A model generated the notes under the pieces. It was given only the letters and a program-made list of their open reading frames with translations. It was not told the DNA's origin and did no database searches. A program made the translations under genes and the position numbers. DNA of 64,000 nucleotides, taken from assembly GCA_951406725.2 (NCBI GenBank), contig OX597815.1, forward strand, positions 82,460,001 through 82,524,000, read 5' to 3'. Of this stretch, positions 38,750 to 52,997 are shown in pieces (the stretch's first letter is position 1; every line of letters starts with the position of its first letter). The stretch is from Octopus vulgaris. Its lineage: Eukaryota.

Positions 38750-39589
38750 GAGTGAGAGAGATACATATGTGTGTGTGGTGTGTGTGTGGTATGCGTGAGT
38801 GCATATACATACATACATACATAGATACATGCACTCACACATATAGAATTATATACCCATTGGAAAATTACGTAGTGTGCAACCAGCACAAATTTTGCAC
38901 GAAAAGAAACATTCATTTAGAGATTTTTGTTCTCTTGAAAGTTTGCAAAAAGAAGAAAATTTAAGATATCAATCGAAGGACTTAAAACAACAGAGCGAAA
39001 CCCAGTAAGTGAAGTTCATTAATTTCACCATGCTATGTGACAGCTGTTTTATGCTGGAAAATCAACTATAAAAACAATTTATGATGACAAGTAATTGATT
39101 CAACTCAACGTATGTAGCATAGTTCTATTAGTTAATCTATGTCTTATAAATAGTACTTCTAGCAGAAAATAGTAATTCTTGATTGCATACAAACATCTGT
39201 TTACCCAGACATAGACAATATGGCAACGGAAAAAAACTGATGAAACTAAAATTAATAATACTGTTTTTCATTCCCTCATTTGAATGGAGGCAAGATTATG
39301 CTTTTAGGTAAAAGTAATTCTTACGCTGTTGATTCCATATTTGCCTTGAAAATCGTTCGGAGAATAGTACATTTCGCAATAGTTTGGACTAAGAAAGAAA
39401 GCTAAGATGGCCACACTCAGCGAAATCCAAAAGCTGCAAAGTGTTTGTAATTTTGCTATACTAAGTCTAGGACGTTAAACGCCGAAATATCTGCAATATA
39501 AAGATTTTATTATCGAAAATGAGTGAAATGAGTGAAAAGAATTAAAGAGCTGCGGCATGTTGGGGCGCTGCCAATAAAAAGCTATCGCC

Positions 39590-39633
39590 TGCGTAGGCCA
39601 GGAGTCGAACCCGGATCGACTGCTTAGTAGGCA
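39590..39633 (-). pseudogene. 3' half of tRNA-Gly(TCC), pseudogene
   Basis: tgcctactaagcagtcgatccgggttcgactcctggcctacgca resembles the recalled animal tRNA-Gly(TCC) 3' half tgccttccaagcagttgacccgggttcgattcccggccaacgca. A T5 run follows 9 nt downstream; the 5' half is absent. Confidence 0.75.
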
Positions 39634-42339
39634 AAGAAATTTTGAGTAGATTTTAATTCATTTCATTACACACTCACACACACGCACACACAAACACAAC
39701 ACACACACACATACACTCATTGGTAAGGAGCGGTGCTCTATTTTGTGATGATAGATGCAGGACGCTTGCCGTGAAGATTGTTGTAGGTAACACACAGGTT
39801 GAAGACAGCACACGATACCAGTTCTACTCAAATTTTCTCAGCGCTGGTAGCCCTGAGTTACCTATTCTTTGATTTAGAATTATGCAATATAGACATTTCG
39901 CATGTGCCGTATTGCAGAATATGAAAGATAAAAGAAGGATCGGTGAAAGAAAGGAATATGGGAGAAAGAGACAATAAGTGATAGAAAGTAACAGAAAACA
40001 TTAAAAATTTCACAGAGGAGTGGAACTTCATTGCATGAAAAGGACCGATACCTGCATGAAGTTGATTCCGTTATTAAAGAAATTGAAAACTGGGTATGCA
40101 GTTCGGGTTTTCAGATCAGAGGATTTTTCACAACATAGTCAATGAAAGGAACATAATTATTACAATATAACCAATGCATGGAATATATTTGTAATAAAGA
40201 ATGTCTGGTGCCAGTTGCTGCATCGAGAAGCTAATGAACGAGTGATGGACTTTGTCGTTAACTTATCTACTTATATCCAACATTCTCAATGCTACATTCA
40301 TCTCTTTTCTTCAGGCACGTATGAAGGTTAAAATCCTAAATGTTAGATTTAATTTTCCTCATGGCTATTGGACATAATTTATAAAAATATACTCTCTTCA
40401 TAAACACTGTTTCGATAAACCCTAAACTTTTCCCGGAGTGTTTTGATCAGCTTGATATTATTGACATTCATTTTTGACCGGCTTTCTGTACCGGAAGTTT
40501 GTTTAAGAAAAAATCTTGCTTAAATGCCATAAAAAAATGAAAAGGAGGAGGAGATAATTCAATTCATCATACGTGTTTCTTCTAATTTTTAGCAATACAC
40601 TTAAATTTCAGGTCACACAAGTCATTGGAAATGAGCCAAAGGCAATCTATTCTGAATCTTTTTGTTATTTTTTTTTTTTGGAAAAAATTAATCTATCACC
40701 TATGAAAAACTATGAAAGCTGGTTCTTATCATTATATTTTAAAAATTCCAAAGGAACTTCGGGGGAGGAAGATTGTTTCATAATGCATCTTGGGCGTCAC
40801 TAAATATCTGAAGCATCCTTATAATATACAGGAAAATTGGAAATATTTCCACGTTGTTTTACTTGTGTCAGCTCTGACTGACTTAGTCATATGATCTGAA
40901 GCATTTCAGCTCTAATCATCTACCCAGCTATAAGGTATTTTTATTTTAAGAGACTACTGCTTGTTGTTTGCGATTTGGTTATTATTTCTAGCAGATAAAA
41001 TGTTGGAGTTGGCTCTGTATCAGTTTTCTTAAATAAGATGCAAACCTACCAAGATGTTGGCTCTCGCTTTTCCATTACCATTGATGTTGAAACGATTAGA
41101 ACTTAGAACGAACATGAAGTTATGTAACAAATTATCTTGGTTTTATCTTGCAGCCGAAGAAACGACTTCCGTAAGAGTTCACCTCATTGTTACTCGTTGT
41201 CCTCCGTTTTGTAACTTGTGATATCCAATTGCAGCCACTAAAACAATAAAGATGCTGATTCGAAGGAATAATCACTTGTTACAAGTATTAAAAAGTCGAG
41301 AAATATACATTGGAATTTGTTCATCGGCTCCTGTTGCGCAAGCTATCGAGGATTTTCAGAAAACAGTAGCAAAAAAGTAAGGAGAAAAAAAGCAACAAAA
41401 ATATTATAAATTAAGATATACTTTTGAAAGAAAGGCTGTAACTGCAAGATGACTGACTTACTACGAAAAGCTAATAACTCTTCAGAGTAGAGTTTTCTTA
41501 TTAACTTTGAATAGATTAAGACAAAATAGAATGAAAATAAGAGTAAATAAAATACACACAATAGTTTTACCCTTCTTTTCTAAATAATTAACTACTGAAA
41601 ACATGTGTTTCTGTCTGACTCACAAGTTCTTTAAAGGAGATTTACAACTTTAGTATGAGCTTAAGATCACAGGAAGCTAAAAATATATTTCATTCTATTG
41701 TGTAAGCGACGTTTATGAATACAACTGTGCAGTCTAACCTGATATAGTAGCTCTGTATAGCTGACATATATAGTGACGACACGCAGGGCAGTAACTTACT
41801 ACACAAAAGAGTCCGACATCAATAAACCACAAGCTATCAGACTAATTTTCACCGCGTATACCTGCTGTTTATGCACAGTGACAGGACGCTGCTTAAGAAG
41901 ACCTTTTGTATTATTTTCAAACCTATGACAAAATTACGTTAAATTTTCTCGCCTTCACTCCCACTTAACAAACGTACACATAAAGCACACAACGTGCACA
42001 CACGCACACTCATAAATATGCATGTGTGTGTGTGTGTTTATGTGTGTGTGTGTGTGTGTGTGTGTGAATGTGTGCGTGTGAGTGTGTTTAGGTGTGAATA
42101 AAGAAAGTGCGATTAGTGGACATTTTCATTTGTACATAAATATAGAGTCAAGTGAACTGCAGATGGCCAATCGATAGCATGTCAGACTAACTAGTGAAAA
42201 GACGGGAGGTTCGTATCATGGCACAAACACTTCATTTAACTCAGGGACACGTCATTTGGCACTCAAATAGCCTAAAATCACCTTGCTGTATATAATGTTC
42301 TCATAAAATAACCTGAATTACCATTCTCATACAGAATTA

Positions 42340-43100
42340 TATACACGCCTAAAGCATACAAATATAAATGCTACTAATATTCTGGTATAGAAGAGAAGGA
42401 TGGATACATTAGTGCCCTGAATAAATCAAAAATGACAAAAGAATACTTCTGTAGACTTCAGAAGTTATGGTGTCTGTGTTGTCTACATTCGGTATAATCA
42501 TATCACATGGTACTTTCGCAGTGTCAGTGTTAGTAGTGACATTTGTGGTACTATACTGAACAATTGAAGGATCAATAAGCTGACTTAAGGATTAGGAAGA
42601 TACAAACATGCCGGTAGTTTCTGCATCAACTGACTGGAGATGTTGTTCTGAGGGATAGAGACAAAGATATAAAGTCAATCTGAACAGTCTTTGAGTTGCA
42701 TACTAATCGTTAACGCAACAACTACTGGACAATAAAAGGAGAATTGGGTACTCTGTAGCAAAAATAACGCCTTCAGAGTGGGCGAATTCCTGAATGTGTA
42801 ACGTGTGTGTACAGCTGTTCCTTGTCGGCCAAATATAGCTTGACTAACCTATTTAAGTAGAAACTTGGAGGAAAAAGATTCATCATATCAGCAGGATGTG
42901 ATGTGTGGGTACCTATTCTGCAAAGTAAAGGATGCCAAGAACATTGACAAGCAGCCTAATCTTTCCTGATCCTGTTATAGATACATCACATCCTACCTAG
43001 ATAGATACGTCTTTGCTATCAAGGAGCAGAGGTAGTTATAAAAAATCTGATCAACAAGAGATACAGGGATGCTTTTCAGTTTCAATGTTGTACTGCGCAA
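42340..43100 (+). mobile_element. Heavily decayed R4/Dong-type LINE post-RT region
   Basis: KEYFCRLQKLW..TFAVSVL..TF..L remnants upstream of the RLE fragment at 43715. Confidence 0.45.
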
Positions 43101-43558
43101 AAGTCAATTGTGACACAGCAGCGTGTAAAATATCCGCCACTTAATGAACTCAACAAATATTAAACATGTATCTACCGTAGTGTTGACGGCATAATTACAC
43201 ATAACGAATTCTATTGGAAGATGTCTATTAGGTCTCCATTAAAATGTAAGCATAAAAAGACCACAAGAAACAAAATTCGATCTAGTAATTAAGTCACCTA
43301 ACTAATGTCAATATACTGCGTAACGATTAATGCCGAACCGATGAGAAATCTTCGGCTGCTCCCTCTGACAATAGCTTTAGAGTTGTGCGTATTGGAGCAT
43401 TTAGGTACATAGCTTGATGCCTAAGAAATGAATTTCTCAAAAGCAGAAAAAAAAAATCCCTATCAACAGATACAAACCACCAGAACCACTGCCAAAATGT
43501 GTAAAATATTGAAGTTGAGCAAGATCGGGGCATGTTCACTTTCGTGAATATGCGCGCG

Positions 43559-43644
<86 letters not shown>

Positions 43645-43714
43645 TGCACGCACGCACGCATGCACGCACGCACGCATGCACGCACGCAGATACATTCAGG
43701 CATTGAAGCAGTTG

Positions 43715-44475
43715 TCCAAAAATATAATCGTGGTATTATCTACTGTTGAGCCAGAATACTGTATAATGTAACCTGCCGGAAAAGATAATCCTGAACTCAA
43801 AGAAATATGGCAGCCACCAGAGTATGGTGGATATCATAGCCACACATAATAAGAAAGAGTACTGGTGGAATGTACCAGTGAAAACTTCAATAAAATATAA
43901 ACGTAAGAGAAAAAAAACAGTGATTTAGGAGGGAGAAAAGAAAACGTGTACATTAGCGGAAATCAGCTGTCCAGCGTATGTCGACGAAAAGATGAAAATC
44001 AATGAAGCAGAAAACACTTATACTGAGCTATTGAGAAATCAGCAGTTGCTCAACTGGGATTACATATTCAGGTTTATAACTGTAATTATTGAGGCACTGG
44101 GACATGTAACACACTGTCTAAACACCAATCTTGAGAAATTAGGCTTCTCAAAACCAGAAAAGAGAAACTGATTCGAAGATTACAGATCCAAACCACAATT
44201 GAAATTGTAAGAATTTGTAAAACTTTCCAGAAATTTAGCATTTGAATACATGTGTGCATGTCTAGACATGCAACTATATGCATGAGAATACATAAAACAA
44301 ACGCTACAAACGTACGCATGCACTGACTCCAAATACTGTATAATATGCACACATACAGGCAAAAATACCCTGTAGATGTTGGTGACATTCCAATGAAAGG
44401 GCGTTGGATCTAGGTTAGAAACAGGTTCTTTCTCTATTAGCAAGGCATCTTGAAATAAAACTGAATAATGGCATA
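43715..44475 (+). mobile_element. R4/Dong-type LINE 3' part (RLE endonuclease + 3' UTR)
   Basis: EYWWNVPVKTS, EISCPA, ENTYTELLRN, IIEALG; homologous to 46480-47070; ends in (CATA)n. Confidence 0.8.
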
Positions 44476-46203
44476 CATACATACGTAAAATTTACCTTGT
44501 TATCGGTGTCTAAATTCCAATTAAAGGGTATCTGTTTTACGTTAGAAACCTTTTTCTCTATTATATATCTTTGCGTGCACGTATGTTTTGTATGTGTGTG
44601 TGTATGTGCGTGTGTGTACACATACGTACACATATATTTTGGTGCATGCGTTCATATATACACACATACATATGCATATACATATATTTACATACATCGG
44701 GTTATTACAAATATGACATATATAAAGTATTGATAATGTGGTAATATCATATTCTTATTACTATCACATCACCTATTATACTTGTAATTGATAGAAAAAA
44801 ATGAGCAACGAAACACAACTAGAGAACGATAGAGTACATTGGCATATACATGAATACGTATAGACAGACAGACTGATATATGTGAATGTTTCTCACGCAC
44901 GACATAAACAGAAGCTCACTAGCAAACAAAACACAGAGAAATCTAGTGAACACACAGCTGTGATCACGTGTGTATGTTCACTTGTGAACAAGCGCTTTTG
45001 TGTGTCTACATGTCTATTTGGTTGAGGCTCAAACCTTTTAAGATCTTCTTGATGTTTTTATTGATACTGTCATTGTTACCGTGTTCGAGCGAGAGTGATT
45101 CTAATAAAAGTGGTTCTGGATCTTTTAAAAATAAATGCCAAATATTTGTAAATCCACAACCTAGCGTCTCAAAAAGAAAATAGACGTTGACTAATGTAAC
45201 CTTATGCTACGTACACATGAAACAAGACGAGCTGGTCACGGTTGGAGTGCCTCACTTATTGGTTTATCCTCTCTTCCAATGCATTAATGTTGTATCTCTG
45301 TGTCTTCTGTAGTTACGGATTCTAGTTCGTCATATTTTCTGCCCATATTTTACTTACACACTTATTTATGCAGGAGACCAGCAGTCTGTAAGGGACGTTA
45401 AAGGTTGGCGGCGAATCTCTCCTTTTCTTCACTCCCTAACGAAAAAAGACGATACAAACCGCCAACCGACATCAAGTCTCGAAACATTAATTCGTTGTTT
45501 TGGGTGTCATCCGCCACCCATTGCACAATCTCAATTTTGCTTGCAGAAGCTCATGAGTTGAAGCGCATTTTTATAACTTTTTGCTTATCGAATTCATTTC
45601 AAAAACATCTCTCTAGATTTAGCAATTTATCGTCTAAGAATAAGTTATTCCTAAGAGAGGCGTTATACTCAAAGTAATATATAACCATAAAAATAAAAGA
45701 ATAAAAATGCTGGAGATTCTGCCAAGACGTAATAGTGTTTAGCTTATATGTATCAGAAGATTGATTGCATTTTGGTGGAAATGGAAAAGGATGCTAAAGA
45801 ACCATGCTAGGAATATATAATTAAACACAATAAGAAGATAAAAAGTAGTACACCGATATGCAGATAGTTTTAATTACATTGTAATGTAGCTTGTACAGAT
45901 TGCCATTAGCTTCGCTTAATTTGATGCTTAAGTGATTAATGTGGAGATACCGTAGCTAGCAATCGTCAATGAATAAGCCGAGTGAGCTAAAAGTTCTGCT
46001 TAAAGAGAACTTTCTCGTTGCTTAATTTGACAGAAATAGATTTTCATGCAGTTGGTTTCTTTACTAAAGGAAATATAATATAATAAGCAATAAGATCATA
46101 TACAACTATCGGATGGTGTGAATGTATGTATATATACATATATATGTGTATCTATATATTTACATGTATATATATATACAATACAAACAAACACACACAC
46201 ACG

Positions 46204-46238
<35 letters not shown>

Positions 46239-46479
46239 CCAAATCTTAATGCGTGTGAAAATGGAACGAGAAACTCTGAGTGGCGACTCACCGTCTGAAA
46301 GATTGAATAAATATTTTCCACTATACCTGAGAGTATTAAGTGATTTTTTGTATGAGCGAGCAAATCTGCAATCAAGGGATACACCACCATCTGACACATA
46401 CATACATACATACATACATACATACATACATACATACATACATACATACATACATACATACATACATACATACATACAT

Positions 46480-47070
46480 AGAGAAGAGAAACTGTGCACA
46501 GTTGTGGAAATTAGCTTCCCAGCGGATGTTAACATAAAGCTGAAGATCAGAGAAAAAGAGAACACCTATGCTGAACTATTGAGAAATCTACAGTTACTCT
46601 ATCCAGATTACAAATTCTGGTTTGTACCTGTAATTATTGGAACACACTACCTAAATAGCAATCTTGAGAAATTAGGCTTCTCAAAACCAGAAAGGAGAAA
46701 ACTAATTCGAAGACTACAGATCCAGTCCATCATTGGAACTGTAAAAGTCTGTAGAACTTTCCAGAAGTTTATCATTTAAATATATATGAACATGTCTACA
46801 TATGCAGCTATATGCATGAGAATATATACGTAAAACATACAAATCTCCACATACATACATACATACATACATACATACATACATACATACATACATACAT
46901 ACATACATACATACATACATACATACATACATACATACATGCATATGTACATACATGCAAAAATATCCTGTTGTTGATTTTGAAATTCCAATGAAAGAAA
47001 CATCGGATCTAGGTTAGAAACTGGTTCCTTATCTATTGGCAAGAAATCTTGAAATAAACTGAATAATGAC
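46480..47070 (+). mobile_element. R4/Dong-type LINE 3' fragment
   Basis: REEKLCTVVEISFPADVNIKLKIREKENTYAELLRNLQLLYPDYKF..VPVIIG..KFII* (stop 46779) plus 3' UTR. (CATA)n lies 5', inside the UTR, and 3'. Confidence 0.85.
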
Positions 47071-47381
47071 ATACATATATACACACACATATATAGATAC
47101 ACATTTATACACATACTAGATACGAAGATTTCATTAATCTAGGTCCCAGGATTTCTTATTCTTGTAAATTAGATACTTTGATTCCCCACATATTCGATAT
47201 TCCATTTATTACCAACATTCTTTTATTTCTCAGAGCAAGTCCTATTTGATACTCAGTCGACGATTCAATATAATTTTCAACTAGCGTTCACTAATATCAT
47301 CAATTACTTTAGGAAACGCGTGGACACCACATCATGCTCTGTTGTGGAATTGAAATTCATATGCATATAAAGGTATCTTCA

Positions 47382-47570
47382 AAACAAAACTAGATCACCT
47401 CCTATCAAGTGTTCCAGATGAGCCTACCTTACGGCAGGAAACACAGATGAGAGCAGCAGCTTCAAACTCTCTCATTCACCAAATGCTACATATCAAAACA
47501 GGTTTCAAATAATGGTGTAGCACAGCCAACACTGGTGCCCCAGCATGACCGCAGCTTTAAATTTGAAACA
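47382..47570 (+). mobile_element. CR1/L2-group LINE 3' end
   Basis: FKTKLDHLLSSVPDEPT...AAASNSLIHQM ORF2 C-terminus, then the tail ggtgccccagcatgaccgcag..tgaaac. Confidence 0.7.
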
Positions 47571-47638
47571 ATTTAGAGAATTTATATAAAGCATATATGA
47601 ATGCATGGTGGCATGTTTCCCTCTATTCATTTATATGT

Positions 47639-47686
<48 letters not shown>

Positions 47687-49321
47687 ACACATACACACAC
47701 ACATACACACACACATACACACACACAGACACACGCACTCACAAACATGATTGCATAAGTATATACTAACAAATTTCACATACATATGAGTGCATGTTTT
47801 GGTACGCCTGCATTTAACTTGACTGCGAAAAGTGCGCATTGTAGTTAAACCACAGCTTTTCTTTTTCTTTTTTTTAAAAACAAATGTAAGAAAAAAAAAC
47901 GAAAGAAAAAATTCCAGATAAATCTGAATAGTTTCGACACTTACAAAACTTTCGTCAAGGATCAGTTATGAGTTTCTATTCAAAGAAAATAATAGTCTAT
48001 AGCTATAGCTAGCATGCAAAAACTAAAAGAGAACTAAATTGATCTTCCCGATTGTGGTACCAATACAATTATTAGTAACGTAAACCGATAAATTAATAAA
48101 ACCACTACTGAACGATAGGATAAACAAAACGCAACGCGAACGTAGAATTGTGGTTTCACTAAAGAGACATTAAATCTGAATGAGAATACTACACGCCTTC
48201 CGATGTGTGTTGCTTCTTATCATTAATCAATTCACGTAAGGAAGAAATCCTCTGATTAAAAAAAACTTTGCATAAATAATTTCTTTTTCAAAAATGATTA
48301 CCGTTACTAGACGAAATTTTTCATTCTTTCCGGATTTGAAATATATAATAATGTTTACTGTCAAAGAAAACTTAATAATGAATGGGTCTTTGCTGACTGG
48401 CTATTTTTATATATCTCTTTTATCTTATTGTCACCAAATCCTCCCCAAAATCGCGCAAATAAAGATTTCTTGCTTTCAGAATTCCTTGAATTCTGTTTTG
48501 ACTTAAGAATATGCCAAACAACTTTTCTTCAGGTTTCATGTTTCATTATCTTTGAGAAACGTTTTAAATAATTTGGCAGAACGAACGGGAACATTATCTG
48601 TTTGGTATACTGCCAGGGTTGGAGGGCAAGATGGTTCTGTAATATTTCTTTTTTTTGAAATCATGCAATGACACTTTCGTTTTAGATATCAATTTTGTGA
48701 ATCCTAATTTATCTTGAACAAAATCTATTTTCTTCGAAGTTTTAATATGAATGTTGCTGTTTTGTTTAATCCCTAACCAGTCTCGAATAGACCACAATAA
48801 AAAATATTCCAACCGTGACATTTCCATCTATCACAGGGAAAAATCTATACTACAATGGTGTGTGTGTGTGTGTGTGTGTAGGTGTATGCTGTTCACTGAC
48901 AAAACTTCGTGCTGCATCACTTCTGTGAAGTTTTGCCGGTGAACAGGTCGCGGTTTCACATATTTTGACACAAATGATATTTTAATGTTGAAGTGAAACT
49001 AACAGTATTTGTGTGTTCTTGAATGGTTTACAAACATCTTCCACGCTGCAATTATTTTTGTTTCAGCACACGATCTCAGATCAAGTCACTTGCTATGCAA
49101 GTACATTTCCGTCATTTTTAAAAATCACTGTGGATAATTGCCAGCAATAATCTTCTCACACTCTCCAATATTTAAATTCCTAAACAGAAACAATTGGGGG
49201 CAGGGAACGGGGTTGCAAAAAATTTATAATTTCTCAAATTTTCCTTTTTATATCATAGATATGTATTTAAGGGAAAATATATAGAAAAACATTAATACTC
49301 GCGAGTGATAATGAAAGGAGG

Positions 49322-50405
49322 TTTAAAATCAAGACTAACTTCTGTTCCTCCGAGAACCTTATCTACGTTCTCACATGCGCTGGTTGCCAACATAATTATG
49401 TTGGACAAACGAGTCTCCCGTTACGTAAACGAGTAGCGGTGCATAAAAAACAAATAAATCTCCCGGAATACCGACAAATTCCACTGAGTGACCACATAGA
49501 CTCATGCGCTAAAGACTTAAACCCCAAATTCTATATATTCCCCTTCTACCAATGTAAAGACGGCATCACCATACAGGAGAGAATTAACAAGGAGAATCTC
49601 TTTATTGAAAAATTCCAAACACAACTTAATATACAAACTCCTCGTTGATCAAACTTCCCTTTTCTACCTCATTCTTCATGGATGGACTCACACAAATATA
49701 TAAGGATACCATAGATTCATCACTTCAAGCAAAAACTTATATTCTTTAAATATCATTTTTACTATTGTTGTTATTACCATCATCTTTATTATTTATGATA
49801 TAACAATCTGAAATGCAATTGTCTATGCAAATTTATATAATTAGAAAATAATATAAACAAAGTGTTAAAATCTGAAAGTTAAATTAACAAACAATTACAT
49901 AAAAAAGATAATGCAAATGAAGCTAAAATGACAATTTTATAATTTGGGGTTTTATCAGCAACCTTTATTGAAGAACTCAAAAGAGTTGTCTCCCCTTATT
50001 CACAACACAGGAACTGAAGAACCACAATTACTACTACTTCCTGTTTTGCCAACATCCTAAATTAAACCAAACAACACATGGCCTTAATCCCATTGGATCC
50101 TAATACCTCAAGGTAATTTTTTCGTGAACATTCATTAAACTCAAGATACACAACGAACTCACAATGTATCGGAGTACTTATTTTTTAATTTTTATACATA
50201 TTTATTATTATTCTTTTGCAAAAAACAATGCAACTTTTTTTCCCCTTTCTCATTTTTAAAAAACCTTTTCACCTAACTATTGTTGATAAGTCAAACTATG
50301 ACGAAAACCGGTTGAATAAATATATATTTATATATTTTTTCATTTTCTCATTTCATTAAAATTTTCTTTCAATCGAGGATTCTGCATTTTTACAATTTTT
50401 CCTTG

Positions 50406-50408
<3 letters not shown>
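49322..50408 (+). mobile_element. Second PLE, 5'-truncated: GIY-YIG fragment (49322-49648) + 3' UTR/pLTR
   Basis: FCSSENLIYVLTCAGCQHNYVGQTSLPLRKRVAVHKKQI..RQIPLSDHI..YIFPFYQ..KENLFIEKF, clearly homologous to the C-terminus of the 19323 ORF. Ends at (TA)n. Confidence 0.9.
50278..50318 (+). ncRNA. Decayed minimal hammerhead, family 5
   Basis: tattg-TTGATAA-gtca(aacta)tgac-GAAA-accgg-TT-gaata. Perfect stem II, palindrome AACCGGTT, two core substitutions; located where a pLTR ribozyme is expected. Confidence 0.6.
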
Positions 50409-50459
<51 letters not shown>

Positions 50460-50861
50460 AGTATTCTTTTATTTTTTTTACTTCTTTCAATCGTTTTTAT
50501 TGTAGCCATGCTGGAGTATTGCCTTTTAGACGAAGAAATCGACCCCTACACCTATTCTTCGTTACCTGGTACTTATTCTATCGGTTTCTTTTGTCGAACC
50601 GTTAAGTTACGGGAACGTAAACACACCAAGATTAGTTGTCAAGCGATGGTGGAAGGACAAACACAAACACACAAATTATATAAATATATATATATATACG
50701 ATAGACATCCTTCAGTTTCCATCTACCAAATCAACTCACAAGGCTTTGGTTGGCCCAATGCTATTGTAGAAGTCACATGCCCAAAGTGCCGCGCAGTGGA
50801 ACTGAACTTGGAACCATGTTGCTGGGAAGCAAGCTTCTTATCACACAGCCACGCCTGCGCC
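50460..50861 (-). mobile_element. SINE family A, full length, diverged
   Basis: Reverse complement aligns with 57657-58061. Confidence 0.88.
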
Positions 50862-51357
50862 TAAGTAATTGTTTAATTATGCGCCTTTGAAATTCTGTGG
50901 ATCATTAACTACGTACATGTACACAAATATGTGAATATTCGATGTTATTAGTGTACCGTAAATCGATGCGCACGTAGTTATTTGTATGATATACCAATCA
51001 TTGTGTCTCTTATCATAACTCGTGAAAACACTATTTTGTGCTGATGAAGAGGAAGATGACGGTTGTCTCGTCGTCCGAGATAGTCGGGTTCTGCATCATC
51101 TTGTTGAACAACCAGTACAAATGTTTTGCTTAGAGCGATCAAATGCTTCTGTTGTACAGTAGCTCTTACCTTCCAACTGATCGAGGTACCTGTACAGGAG
51201 CTCGGTGTGTCACACGACAGGTGCTGAAGTGATCACAGAACAAGAGTGAGATGAAGTGTTTTGCTCAAGAAGACAACGAACCTTTCGATCACGTGATCCT
51301 GTGTGCAACACCAAATCTCTATGCCATGCGCCCTTCCTATATATACGCACTTATCAA

Positions 51358-51860
51358 GGCGGCGAGCTGGCAGAAACGTTAGCACACCGGGCGAAATGCT
51401 TAGCGGTATTTCGTCTGTCTTTACGTTCTGAGTTCAAATTTCACCGATGTCGATTTTGCTTTTCATCCTTTCGGGGACGATTACATAAGTAGCAGTTACG
51501 CACTGGGGTCGATATTATCGGCTTAATCCGTTTGTCTGTTCTTGTTTGTCCTCTTTGTCTTTAGCCCCTTGTGGGTAGTAAATAAATAGGTATTTCGTTT
51601 GTCTTTATGTTCTGAGTTCAAATTCCGCCGAGGTCGATTTTGCCTTTTATCCTTTCAGGGTCGATTAAATAAGTACCAGTTACGCACTGGGGTCGATAAA
51701 ATCGACTTAATCCGTTTGTCTGTCCTTGTTTGTCCTCTCTGTGTTTAGCCCCTTGTGGGTAGTAAATAAATAGGTCTTTATGTTCTGAGTTCAAATTCCG
51801 CCGAGGTCGATTTTGCCTTTCATCCTTTCGGGGTCGATAAATTAAATACCAGTTGCGTAA
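51358..51860 (+). mobile_element. SINE family B, tandem multimer
   Basis: Head ggcggcgagctggcagaaacgttagc, then three successive bodies ttctgagttcaaatt..gtcgattttgc..atcctttc.ggg. Confidence 0.9.
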
Positions 51861-52267
51861 TTTCAGTCCTTGTACCTAGAGTAGATAAAATAAGTATAAA
51901 TATTCACTTATGTATACTCACACTTCGACGAATAGTACCTTTAACATCAATCCAGCAATACATCAAACGATCACTTCCAACACTAACTCTATCATCACTA
52001 CCATCAAACCTTTGCGAAAGATAATAAGGTCATAGGGTTAAATCTAAAAATTAATTGGTCGTAAGGAAATTTCAACAAACTGCTCATAAGTGAAAGCAAA
52101 CATTTTGCTAATGGTTAAAAAACACAAGGTGTTTGCATTCTCAAGAAACAGATTCCTTAGTGATGTGATTTTGAGATTTCTTTTACTTCAGATTGATTCC
52201 ATCTCTTTCATTACTTATACTTTGATGTGTTTTTATCCCCATTTGATTTCTTTCTGGAAATGTCAAC

Positions 52268-52997
<730 letters not shown>

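Noticed and set aside
44365-44376. taccctgtagat, matching the 5' end of miR-10
   Set aside because: Only 12 nt match, no hairpin, and it lies in a LINE 3' UTR whose other copy (~46964) differs.
51038-51100. CTGATGA followed by a gatgacg/cgtcgtc hairpin and cGAGA
   Set aside because: GAAA is mutated and no convincing stem I or III; cannot be called a hammerhead.
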